From Candidatus Latescibacterota bacterium (GTDB lineage Bacteria; Latescibacterota; UBA2968; UBA8231), in contig CBDFJF010000001.1 in the NCBI GenBank assembly GCA_965248265.1, positions 768,001 to 832,000 on the forward strand: a stretch of 64,000 bases of DNA, written 5' to 3'. Position numbers and translations under genes: made by a program. The notes below the pieces were generated by a model. The model saw only the letters and a program-made list of their open reading frames with translations, did no database searches and was not told the origin of the DNA. Shown here piece by piece: positions 20,048-29,888 of this stretch (its first letter is position 1; each line of letters begins with the position of its first letter).

Positions 20048-21601
20048 ATGAGAGAACCTACACCGCAGTACCGCGTCATCTTCAACTGGGACGGCCAGCC
20101 GTTCGGCCAGGGCGAGTACCCACAGTCCGTCGACCGGCTGATGCATGGCATCTACGACTCCATCGAAGGGACGCAGGTCGACGCTATGTTCTGGAGCATC
20201 GGAAGCCACGAAGCGGAGTGGCCGTCTGAGGTCCACGAGCGGCTCGGTGACTCCGAGAACCGCACGTACGACAGCCTCCGCGGTATGCGGCACAGTGAGA
20301 GCGTCCGCGCCATGTTCGAACGGGGTGAGAACCCGTACCAGGCGATGGTCGACCGCGGCCACGAGCTGGGTATGCAGGTCTACGTCTCGATGCGGATGAA
20401 TGACAACCACTTCTACGTCGACAAGGCTGAGGACATCGCGAGGCTGGGCAAGGGAACCCAACTCCGTCGGGACCATCCCGAGTGGCTGCTGGACGTCGAC
20501 GACGTAGCCGAGTGGCGCCCCATCGGCTCGTGGAACATGGCGATCCCCGAGGTCCGGGAGCACCGGCTCTCATATATCCGCGAGGCGTGTCTCCAGGCAG
20601 ACTGGGACGGCGTCGAGCTCGACTGGCAGCGGCATCCGTTCCACTTTCCGCAGAACTATGGCTACCGACTCCGGTACGCACTCACCGACCTCCAGCGGGC
20701 AATCAGACAGGTGGCGGACGAGATCGCGGAGGAACGGGGTAGGCCCTTCTACGTCGCGTCCCGCGTGGCGACGACCCTCGAGTCGTGCAGGAACATTGGC
20801 TACGACGTCGAAAAGTGGGTCAACGACGACCTGACCGACATCATCATCGGCGCCGGAGGGTCGGGCACCGACCCGGGGTTCGAAGTCGCGGAGTTCAAGA
20901 AGCTGACCGAAGACACCGGCATCAGGCTATATGGAGGCTTCGACAGCCTTGGCCGTCACGAGGCGAACCGCCTCGTCTCGCACTCCGAATGGCGGGACGG
21001 CTGGCTCCGAGCCGTCGCCCAGGGCTACTACGATCAGGGAGCCGACGGCCTATACACGTTCAATTGGTTCCCCAAAAAGCAAGATTGGCGCGGGCTGCTC
21101 AGTACGATCGGGTCGCCGGATACTCTGAAGGGCCGCGACAAGATCTACACCGCTCTGCATCGCGGGCCCACTTACCTGGACGGCGCCGGGGGTGGCGCCA
21201 TCAACGACAGGATCTACGGCGAGACGTCGACCGTACTCTTCCGGACCCTGACCGGGGACGGACCGAAGTTCACGATCGGCATCCACGAAGACGTCGCCGC
21301 TTCCGAGGCCATCGAGCTGCACATCGAGATGCAGCACTTCTTGCCCGAGGACTCGGTCGACGTCCTACTTGACGGTGAGAAACTCGCGGACCCGATTATT
21401 CGTGACGTCGCGGAAGACGACCCGAACGACCCCGCAGACGTCTCCGAGAACAAGTGGCTCGTCTGGACGCTCGACGCAGAGCAGGCAGCCAAGGGCGATC
21501 ACCAGGTGAAGGTCATTTTGGTCAATCACGACTCGCGGATACGCCCGCCATTGATCGTGAACCACGTCGAGATTCACGTCCGGTACGAGGGGACTTCGTG
21601 A
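20048..21601 (+). CDS. GHL10-like (glycoside hydrolase-like family 10) protein
   Basis: IFNWDG, SMRMNDNH, DGVELDWQR, GADGLYTFN; distant paralogue of 37463..39019. Confidence 0.75.
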   Translation: MREPTPQYRVIFNWDGQPFGQGEYPQSVDRLMHGIYDSIEGTQVDAMFWSIGSHEAEWPSEVHERLGDSENRTYDSLRGMRHSESVRAMFERGENPYQAMVDRGHELGMQVYVSMRMNDNHFYVDKAEDIARLGKGTQLRRDHPEWLLDVDDVAEWRPIGSWNMAIPEVREHRLSYIREACLQADWDGVELDWQRHPFHFPQNYGYRLRYALTDLQRAIRQVADEIAEERGRPFYVASRVATTLESCRNIGYDVEKWVNDDLTDIIIGAGGSGTDPGFEVAEFKKLTEDTGIRLYGGFDSLGRHEANRLVSHSEWRDGWLRAVAQGYYDQGADGLYTFNWFPKKQDWRGLLSTIGSPDTLKGRDKIYTALHRGPTYLDGAGGGAINDRIYGETSTVLFRTLTGDGPKFTIGIHEDVAASEAIELHIEMQHFLPEDSVDVLLDGEKLADPIIRDVAEDDPNDPADVSENKWLVWTLDAEQAAKGDHQVKVILVNHDSRIRPPLIVNHVEIHVRYEGTS

Positions 21602-21849
21602 CGAAGTACCGCGTCGCCATCCGAGTCCTTCGATCGCTACATGCAGTCATACGAAGGCATCGCCGAAACCTACGATGGTGGGACGCAGCTGCTCATGTGG
21701 GGCTGGCGGCGCTGGAACATGCTACAACCGTACAGCGACGCTGGCGGTGGCGTCTTCGGGGCGTTGTTGCATGACTCGCCCGGGGGGGTGGATTTTCCGT
21801 GTCGGCATCAAGCTTTGAGCGTCCGTCGGAGTCCTGATCCGATGGGCGC

Positions 21850-21935
21850 CTATCGCAACATTCAACAGCTTCCTCTGCAGCAGCTGCCCGTCCGCCGCTA
21901 GCTGGTAGACGTACACGCCCGTTGCAAGGTCTGAT
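21850..21935 (-). pseudogene. 3' remnant of a FlgD/T9SS-like C-terminal tail
   Basis: DLATGVYVYQLAADGQLLQRKLL/MLR*. Confidence 0.6.
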
Positions 21936-21963
21936 TGGCTCTGTTTCGTAAAACGGCATAGGT

Positions 21964-22016
21964 GATCTGTATTATAGTAAAGTTTCAGGGACCAAATCTT
22001 TACTATAGTGCAGATC
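21964..22016. repeat. AT-rich 19-bp inverted repeat with 15-nt loop
   Basis: GATCTGTATTATAGTAAAG ... CTTTACTATAGTGCAGATC (2 mismatches). Confidence 0.8.
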
Positions 22017-22321
22017 CGCAGGTTCAGTTCTGCGAAAACATGCGTGGTACGACCGGCTCGACCGAACAGCGGTGATGAGGCGCAGTGGACCCACGCTCGC
22101 GGCCTGATCGCAGACGCCGATTAAACGTTCCGACGTTTCGGATTCGTGAAAACCGAACGTCGGAACATCTACCGGGTAGACCTCCGATCGTCACACTCTA
22201 CCTTATATACACGCCAACCTAATCATGGCGGCACAAATTTCGTACTTTGGGGTCACTATCAGACTGAACCTGTCGTTTTCAAGGTTTTTCCACCCCAACT
22301 GGGGTGTCAATCGCTGTACAG

Positions 22322-22402
22322 TTCTTCCTGTCACCGCTGGCCAACTTCGTCAGCGGTCAGATTCTTCGAGTTGATGGTGGTGGCCAGCTATGTGCCGCCT
22401 GA
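22322..22402 (+). pseudogene. SDR oxidoreductase 3' fragment
   Basis: FFLSPLANFVSGQILRVDGGGQLCAA*. Confidence 0.7.
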
Positions 22403-22403
22403 T

Positions 22404-22817
22404 CTATGAGGTCGGCGGCTGTAACAGCCGTTCCTCTTCCTCATACCAGGCGTCGACACGGTCCCAATAGAATGAGACGTAATCGGCAATATCCGGGCAC
22501 TCTTCGACCGGTTTCGGGTAGTTCCATACCGCATTCTCGGACACCCTGTCTCCCACTCTCACAGACCAGTACCTGGCCTCACCTTTCCAAGGTCAGGTGC
22601 TGCCGTGGTTCGTGGGTTCCAGCAGATCCATTCGCACGTCGCTCACGGGAAAGTAGTACGCCGGCAGGTGATGGGTCTCATTCATCACGAGAGCATTCGT
22701 GCTGTCGGCAATTGTTTCGTCACCGAATAGGACACGCATGCGTCGAGGGGCCGGCTTCATTACAACTGTCTGGGTCTGGGTTCGCGAAACAGGGTTCGAG
22801 TCTTCGTCTGTCGGCAT
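22404..22817 (-). CDS. DUF427 protein with in-frame UGA (candidate selenoprotein, 137 aa)
   Basis: GGAGG RBS; YYFPVSDVRMDLLEPTNHGST-U-PWKGEARYWSV..ENAVWNYPKP..IADYVSFYWDRVDAWYEEEE; TGA at 22593-22595. Confidence 0.85.
22563..22579 (-). promoter_or_regulatory. Candidate bacterial SECIS hairpin
   Basis: AGGCCA-GGUAC-UGGUCU stem-loop starting 13 nt after the UGA; CCAGGUACUGG resembles the E. coli fdhF apex GCAGGUCUGC. Confidence 0.65.
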
Positions 22818-22975
22818 ATTGCACCTCCGAGTTATGCCTTTATGCCACGTCTCACGCTCGGTCTGCATCTGTGGGTCGGCCGTGTCTCCGTAAGCGAGTC
22901 TATCTCACCGGTTACATTCAGACAACACGTAACCGCAGGTGACCGCCCTACATCGACCACGGAGGAATGGTGCCC

Positions 22976-23092
22976 ATGCTGGACCAATCGGATCTGTACA
23001 TCAGTGGACGGGGCGGCTATCACACCTATCGCATCCCGGCAATGGTAGTCTCTGCCCGGGGTACGGTTCTGGCTTTCTGCGAAGGGCGAAAA
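22976..23092 (+). pseudogene. Sialidase (GH33) 5' fragment
   Basis: SGRGGYHTYRIPAMVVSARGTVLAFCEGRK (RIP motif). Confidence 0.8.
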
Positions 23093-23227
23093 GGAGCAAA
23101 GAAGACTTTTTGCCAGTACGGACTTACCGCTCCCGCCCGGGCCGTCAATGGCGACCATTGTGTGTTTTTTTGATCGTAGCCACTTCTGAAGCGCCGAGGT
23201 GATGGCATCGAGATCGAAGTGGGTCAT
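23093..23227 (-). pseudogene. Uridine-kinase-like P-loop 5' fragment
   Basis: MVAIDGPGGSGKSVLAKSL. Confidence 0.7.
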
Positions 23228-23454
23228 AGGATGGGTGCAGGCGTCAGTCGTTTTCCTTCAGACGATGGCGAGGCTGTCTACCTTCGTCGGCATCATGAAT
23301 ATCAAAGAGGTCTGAATATCGTCACGGTCTGAGAGTCCCATGCTTTCCTTCTGCTCCCTGACCCAATCCGACACGATTCGAGCGCTTCAATCTCAACCAT
23401 CGATTCAAGTATCGCACAGAAAACTCGCGGTTCGTCGAGGGCCTCGAACGGCAA

Positions 23455-23739
23455 TTGTCGAATCTGAGAGCAGTCTGCTTTCTCCTCATCGTGTCACCAC
23501 ACCGAATCGAAGAGAGGATGAGATACAGAGCGTCGAGGACGGGACAACCATTGGACGAGTCGACCCTGCAAGATCAGATCCAATCGTGGATCGCCAAACA
23601 AGAGCAGTACGTTCAGCACCAATCGCAGGCCTCTATGCCAACGGTGACCATTAATACTGACGATAGAGACTGGGTTGCGTATGCGAAGCAGATCCTTGAA
23701 ACCACGAGCGAAAGCGCGCGAGATGCGCCCAACGCTTGA
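23455..23739 (+). pseudogene. 3' fragment of a probable P-loop kinase-like gene
   Basis: IEERMRYR..TVTINTDDRDWVAYAKQIL; no N-terminus. Confidence 0.35.
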
Positions 23740-23853
23740 AATTCTCCGCGAACGTGTGAAATCACAGGCCATCGCTGCGTTTGTCTCCCTAAAACGGAGT
23801 GCAAATCCGCAGGGCATTGCTCTCCATATTCCCGCACCCGTCCATTCTTCCAT

Positions 23854-24839
23854 ATGAGCATCCCGATCACCCTTCTCGTTGACGATCCGGCTCCACTGAT
23901 CAATGTCTATTGGTGGCATGCCGCGGAAACACAGGATTCTGAATCTCCCACACTTGCCTCGGGCGAAGTTGTCGCACGCTCCATACCCGTGGATTTCCTG
24001 CGCCAATTCACCGAAGTCATATCTCACCGCGGTATCAAGGGGAAATTCTCGGTGCTGCCCTATCCCGCCGGGCTAGGCGCCATCACCGACGGTTGGGCAG
24101 GCTGCGATCAGGGCGAGCTGAACGCTTGGCTCGACTTGACTCGCCGGAGTATCACCCCGCTGATGGATATCACGCCCGAGATTCTCACCCACGCAAAGGC
24201 TCTCGACCTGGACTCGCTGAGCCTCCTGCCCGACGACGAACGGGTCTGGTCACAGCACCAGACCGCCTCGACTATGACCCCCTATATCAGCTATGCCCTG
24301 GAGATTCTCTATGCAGTGGATCTGGAGGCGACTGGCGTCACGTCGCCATGGGACTTTGGCATCGAGGTAGAAGCGGAGTATCAGCTGGCCATGCGGGACG
24401 CCATGCGACAGGTCAACGGCCGCTCTCAAACCTGGTATTTCCTGCATCAGGAAAGAAAGAGAACCGATTTCCACTCCCGCGTCGTCTACCGCATGGGGGA
24501 CGCCTGGCAGGTTAGCCTTTGTTCCCAGGTCGGTGACATGATCTTCAACACGATGAACAGCGCAGAGACGGGCGCTGAATATGTGAGCTCAGTGGCGGAC
24601 AACTATGTGAACGAAGACGGCAGGAGCGGACGCCTGGTAGAGCTGTTTGATGCCGGCACCCCGATCGTCTGGCATACTCACTGGCAGAGCCTATACTCGA
24701 ACGGACGCGCTACCGGACCCTCGACGAAATCTGCCGCCGTGTCAGTGCGCTGTGGGGTGATCAGATCAATTGGATGAAATGCAGCGAGCTGGCTGCTGCG
24801 ATAGCCAACTCGAACGCGAGTGAAAATGGTATTCGGTAG
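23854..24839 (+). CDS. Hypothetical protein (possibly deacetylase-like barrel), frameshifted near 24718
   Basis: LLVDDPAP, GKFSVLPYP, ITPEILTH, GVTSPW, HTHWQSLYSNG; C-terminus LDEICRRV..INWMKCSELA in another frame. Confidence 0.7.
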
Positions 24840-25307
24840 AGATTGAGTAGGTATTGGCGGTGAAGTTGTGCTGTGATTGAGCTTCGCCGGGTCTGTACAA
24901 GCGGGACCTTTGTTACGGATAAAATCTGCAGCTCTCTCGCACGTTCGCTTGGCAACCCCAATGTGTCACTGCTGTGCTGCTTCAGATCCTCGGCGCCCCG
25001 TGTTGGTGACCGGCGGTAATCGTTTGCCCACAACGATGGACATCTCCTCCCCCATGCGGCTCGTTCGCCACTCTGTCTTGTTCACCCCCTGTGAATTGCC
25101 AATCTTAATTGACCTGACCGTCCGGACGGACTGGGATTGCATCTCATTGATCCAGCATCCAAGGAGGTGGCCCATGGACAGGATCATGCTCGCGGGCCTC
25201 ATCGTAAACATCGGCGCTGATCGAGCCGAGCCTCGGCGAGGTTTGTCCCCAGGCTACTACTGTTTCTCTCGACGGAGGTGGTGAAGTGCCTGTTATTGAG
25301 GTGGGTC

Positions 25308-26315
25308 ATGATTGAACGACGTGATTTTCTAAAGACTCTGGTTGCCGCGCTTCCAGGCGTCGTGATTCCCTTTGGATGCGGCAGCAAGGCGCAGGACAAA
25401 CTGGGTCAGGTGCTGCCCAAACGCGTGCTGGGCCGCACCGGCGACGCGGTGACGATGCTGGGGATTGGCGGCTACCACATCGGCTGGACGACGGAGCGGG
25501 ATGCAGAAGCCGTGATTGAAACGGCGCTCGCCGGCGGTGTGCGCTTCTTCGATACCGCGGAAGGTTACGGGGACGGCCGGAGCGAGCAGCGCTATGGCAA
25601 GTACTTGGTACCAAAGGCCCGCGAACAGGTCTTCATTATGACTAAAACCGGCGCCAAGGATGCCGATACCGCGCAGCAGCACCTCGACGCGTCTTTGACG
25701 CGTTTGAATACGGACTATCTGGATCTCTGGCAGGTGCACGGGATCGGCGACCCTGATGATGTGGACCGACGTATCGATGGGGGTGTCCTGGATGTGTTCG
25801 AGCGCGCCAAGGCTTCTGGCAAGGCGCGTTTCATCGGGTTTACCGGGCATAGCAACCCAGCGGCTCATTTGCGCATGCTGGAGCGGACCGCCGACAGCGA
25901 CATGTTTGATACCTGCCAGATGCCGGTGAATCTGCTCGACCCCAGCTACCACAGCTTCATCGAACAGGTCGCCCCGATCTTGCAGCCGCGCAACATCGCG
26001 CTGCTGGCCATGAAGACGCTGGCAGACGGCCGCTTCTTCTCGAAGAAGGTCAGGCTAGACAAGGTCCAATGGGAAACGGACAACCCGGTCGTCCCGGACC
26101 GAGTGAGTGTCCGCCAGGCCCTTCATTTTGTGTGGTCGCTGCCCGTTAGCGTCCTGATTACTGGGGCTGAGAACGCGGATTTGATGCGCGAAAAGATCGG
26201 CCTCGCCCAGGATTTCGTGGCGCTGACCCAGCAGGACCGCCAGGCGCTCATCGACAAGGTGGCCGACTTGGCCGAGGATGGCAAGATCGAGTATTTCAAG
26301 AGCATTAGCTCATAA
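25308..26315 (+). CDS. Aldo/keto reductase with Tat signal
   Basis: MIERRDFLK; FFDTAEGYG, LNTDYLDLWQVH, GKARFIGFTGH, AMKTLADG. Confidence 0.92.
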   Translation: MIERRDFLKTLVAALPGVVIPFGCGSKAQDKLGQVLPKRVLGRTGDAVTMLGIGGYHIGWTTERDAEAVIETALAGGVRFFDTAEGYGDGRSEQRYGKYLVPKAREQVFIMTKTGAKDADTAQQHLDASLTRLNTDYLDLWQVHGIGDPDDVDRRIDGGVLDVFERAKASGKARFIGFTGHSNPAAHLRMLERTADSDMFDTCQMPVNLLDPSYHSFIEQVAPILQPRNIALLAMKTLADGRFFSKKVRLDKVQWETDNPVVPDRVSVRQALHFVWSLPVSVLITGAENADLMREKIGLAQDFVALTQQDRQALIDKVADLAEDGKIEYFKSISS

Positions 26316-26319
26316 CACC

Positions 26320-26460
26320 CTACCACGTCAGTCTGATGGACCCGGGATCATCAGACGCATCGCCCATGTAGGAGATGGTCTTGGGTACGGCCTCCTGGGC
26401 GTAGGCGGTCGATAGCGAAATTGCAAGGCAAAGTGAGATGGCAAGCAGGGGTTTCATCAC
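26320..26460 (-). pseudogene. 5' remnant of a secreted protein
   Basis: AGGAG RBS; MKPLLAISLCLAISLSTAYAQEAVPKTISYMG then early stop. Confidence 0.5.
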
Positions 26461-26607
26461 AACATCTCCTAAGTGAGATTCTTATTGCGAGCATTTACAG
26501 GCTGGTGCCGACACCAAATCACCAGGTTATGGTGGCGGGGGTGATGGTACGGAGATTCGGAGGGTGGACCAAGCCATGGCAGGACAGCCCACTATAGTGG
26601 CCGCAAG

Positions 26608-26825
26608 GTGGAGGGGGAAGCCGCTCTGGATGTGCTGGCCGGCGTGACCGACCTGCTGGTCGCCAAAGGTCGGAAGACGCTGCACTATGACCTCGTCAAA
26701 GAGCGTCCATCCGACGCGGAGCTGCTGGAACTGTTGTTGGGACGCTCGGACAAGCTTCTGCCATGTGCCTCGGCAGCAAGTTCCTCGTGGGGTACAGCAG
26801 CGACATGCTGGCGAACGAGCTGTAG
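26608..26825 (+). pseudogene. ArsC-like (seleno)protein family 3' remnant
   Basis: LLVAKGRKTLHYDLVKERPSDAELLELLLGRS.KL then frameshifted LGSKFLVGYS. Confidence 0.55.
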
Positions 26826-26885
26826 TACCGATCGGACAGCCCTCACGCATCAGGTCGCGCTCGCGTCCGCCTGCGCTCTCGACAC

Positions 26886-29462
26886 TCAAGCTCTTCCCAA
26901 CGTACCGCTCACCGTGGTTCCATCCGGTCGCAGGAAGCTGTAAGAGACAGGGCCCGTCGCTGGCTCGCCAGTAACCTGCCTGGACTCGGGGATAGGTTCC
27001 CCTTCCGGCCAGATCACGTAACGCTCCCCCGCATCAGTATCGAATTGCAGGAGTTCGCCGGTCAGTTGCGTGGACTTACTGTCCGAGTGCTCTAGCTGGC
27101 ATGGCTTCCCTTCCCACGGATTTCGCATCCTGCACAACTCCCCCATCCGCGACTCGATTTCGACAAACTCGATGCGACCGGCCTGGATCGATGCGCTGAT
27201 GAGAAATCCGCCCCGGACTAACAGACGAAAAGAAGCATCCCATTCCCTGGGCCAGGCTGGAAAGAGGCGAATGACCTCTGGCAGCCCCGGCTCCGCGGAA
27301 ACGCTCTGCACCAGGGCCTCATTGAGGGCCATGCTGATGCAACCGAGAGGCTCAATGGAGGGATCCGTGATCCCCTCGAACAGGCTGAAGCCGTTCGGCA
27401 AGGGACCGCCTCCTTGGTTGAAGGTTGCGTAGTAGGCTGCCAGCAGCGCCGGAAGCTCCTCCCCACGTCCGAGTCTCGAGCCCATGATCGGCGTGTGGCC
27501 AACGCTGGTGAGACCCCACATCTTGCCGGCGACCAGGTCGGCTCGCAACGAGTTGAGCTCGGCCAACCGGCGGATGATGCGCTCGGTCTCCGGCTCCATC
27601 GACTCCTGAGTCCAGATCTCGAACGGGAAAACGCCGAACAGGGATTCCTCGTGCGGGCGGTCCTTGTCCCGAGGGTGGTCGACGGCCCCGACATGACCCA
27701 AAGACCACAGGTCCGGCGCGACGACGGAGTGACTCTCCGGATCGCTCCCCATCGGATAGGGCGCCAGATGATCCAGGAACTCAGTCCAACTGGCGCGCAG
27801 TTCAGCGTCGACATCGAGAATCTCGGCGGCGCGGATGGCCAATGGCGCCGTCCCTCGGATCGCCGTCAGGTCCAGCAGACCGTCGTTGGTGCCCCATCCT
27901 CCTTCAAACTGATTCAGGCCATGGAGATGATAGAGACCGTCCTCCTCTTTCCTGGCCAGTCCCCGATAGAACTCGACGGTCTCCCGCAGCAGTGGATAGG
28001 CATGCGAACGCAACCAGCTCTCGTCCCCCGTGTACCGGTACCGCCACCAGGCATGCTTGGCGATCTTCGTACCAGACGTCGCGATATGGCTGACCCATGA
28101 ATAGCGGCCGGCCGCCTGCGCCGGAAACTCCTCCCGGTCATGAAAACGGCTGGTATCGAGGGCACGCAGCCCGCCGTCATAACAATTGTAGGAAACGGCC
28201 CGGGCTGACAGTTCCATGCTCGTCTTTCTGCCCAACCAGACATCCTCGTACTCGGCAGCCACATCGTCCGGCAACACCACCGGACCGTCGAACTGACCGC
28301 TCTCGAGGAAGTACGCCCCGCGCGACCCGGTGCGCTGCAGACCAGCCGCAACCGCATTCGGCAACTGGCCCACGTACATGTTGAAAAACGGATCGGCCAA
28401 TTCGACTGCGTCGGCCGCGTGCAGCGGATAGTAGGAGATCTGGGTCGTCCACACCCAGAACTGGGACCCCCAGTACGTCGTATCTCCCTCCGTGAGAAAG
28501 ATCGAGCCGTTCCATTTTGCCGGCAGCGGACCGCGTGAGCTGCTGGCCATGTAATAGAGCTGCAGATTGCGCACGCACTGCATGAAGTCGGCGACGCCGT
28601 CGTCGCTCGTTAGATGCACGAAGGTTCTCGACCACAACTCGGCCCACCAGGATGCATGGACCGCCCTCATCTCGTCGTAGGTCTGGCTCGAAGCTGCGTC
28701 CAGCAGCGCGCGGGTTGCAGCTGACAGATCCAAATCCGGATCCCATGAGGCGGCGCTGGCGATCAGAATCATTCGTTTCCCCGACGCAGCCGGAACACGG
28801 ATGCAGTGGCAGCTGTCGGAGGCGACCTCTGGCTCTCCCTCGCCGACAATCCTCGAGGCCACTGCCGAGCCACAGTAGTAGTCGGCCTCCGTGAATCGCT
28901 GAACCAGCACTGCCGTGCCTGGTTGATGGCCGAATTCGTAGCGCGCTTCGTGATTCCCGTTCACGACGAGTAGATCGCGCCACATCGCCAGATCCACTCG
29001 CAGCGGCCGGGGCTGCTGCCTGGTGTCGTCGATCTCCAGCGCGAGGACGTCCAGCCCGGCAGCAACGAAGCACCGGACCCGTATGCCATCCCCCTCGATC
29101 ACCTCCTCGGCCTGATGAAGAGACAGGTGTTGCTTGAAGGTGCTGCCCGAGAAGACATCACCACCCACATCGATACAGATCGAGCCACATCCGCCCCAGT
29201 AGTCCGTCGGCCCGGCTTTCAACCCCTTGTGGTTCCCGTTGACGGCAAAGACGTCGCTCCGATTGATCTGGAAGCGAACGGCACCAGGTGTCGTCCATAC
29301 CATCGTACCCATACACCCGTTGCCGATCGGATGGCCTTCACGTCCGTGGTCGACCGGCTTCTGGTAGACCAAATCCGCATGGGACACGAGTGCGCTGTGA
29401 TCTGGTTGCATGACCGATCGAGTCATACCTGGCTCCTTTGGGGTCAACGGCCTATCTCGCAT
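26886..29462 (-). CDS. GH95-like glycoside hydrolase (alpha-L-fucosidase-like)
   Basis: PIGNGCMG, YYMASSSRG, WRYRYTGDESWLRSHAYPLL, EALVQS, LFPAWPREWDASFRL; start probably 29426. Confidence 0.75.
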   Translation of the reverse strand: MRDRPLTPKEPGMTRSVMQPDHSALVSHADLVYQKPVDHGREGHPIGNGCMGTMVWTTPGAVRFQINRSDVFAVNGNHKGLKAGPTDYWGGCGSICIDVGGDVFSGSTFKQHLSLHQAEEVIEGDGIRVRCFVAAGLDVLALEIDDTRQQPRPLRVDLAMWRDLLVVNGNHEARYEFGHQPGTAVLVQRFTEADYYCGSAVASRIVGEGEPEVASDSCHCIRVPAASGKRMILIASAASWDPDLDLSAATRALLDAASSQTYDEMRAVHASWWAELWSRTFVHLTSDDGVADFMQCVRNLQLYYMASSSRGPLPAKWNGSIFLTEGDTTYWGSQFWVWTTQISYYPLHAADAVELADPFFNMYVGQLPNAVAAGLQRTGSRGAYFLESGQFDGPVVLPDDVAAEYEDVWLGRKTSMELSARAVSYNCYDGGLRALDTSRFHDREEFPAQAAGRYSWVSHIATSGTKIAKHAWWRYRYTGDESWLRSHAYPLLRETVEFYRGLARKEEDGLYHLHGLNQFEGGWGTNDGLLDLTAIRGTAPLAIRAAEILDVDAELRASWTEFLDHLAPYPMGSDPESHSVVAPDLWSLGHVGAVDHPRDKDRPHEESLFGVFPFEIWTQESMEPETERIIRRLAELNSLRADLVAGKMWGLTSVGHTPIMGSRLGRGEELPALLAAYYATFNQGGGPLPNGFSLFEGITDPSIEPLGCISMALNEALVQSVSAEPGLPEVIRLFPAWPREWDASFRLLVRGGFLISASIQAGRIEFVEIESRMGELCRMRNPWEGKPCQLEHSDSKSTQLTGELLQFDTDAGERYVIWPEGEPIPESRQVTGEPATGPVSYSFLRPDGTTVSGTLGRA

Positions 29463-29888
29463 AGCAAACGGTCAGGGAAATATGAAGAAGTCTGTCCCGT
29501 CTGCCAGACGGATTCCGGCGCTGGCCGTCGATGGACGGACAAATAGCTATTGAGCGATGTTCTGCGTAACCGACACCCTAGCAGGCACTTCGCACCAAGT
29601 GACCGATCGAGACTTACAACATCGGGGGATTCCCATCCTACGTTTGGATAGGGCCAGATGGTCGAATAATCAGTCCTGAGCTAAAGGGCGATCTGGACGA
29701 TCTATATGAGGCCACGCTGACCGACTGGCGGTAATCACCTGCCCACAACGATTACCGCCTGCCCTACCGGACCGGTTGCCATTGTTCCTACGCCTGCTTG
29801 TCCCCAACGACCGAGCCTGCGAGATTTGTACCCGCGACCGCTCACCGATGGGGAAATCACCTGAAGGTCCAAGCAGGGAGGCGATGCA

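Noticed and set aside
22252-22270. Further spacer-less site copy (TCAGTCTGATAGT on the minus strand)
   Set aside because: It lies inside a plausible coding fragment (WGHYQTEP) and the left arm is poor; likely chance.
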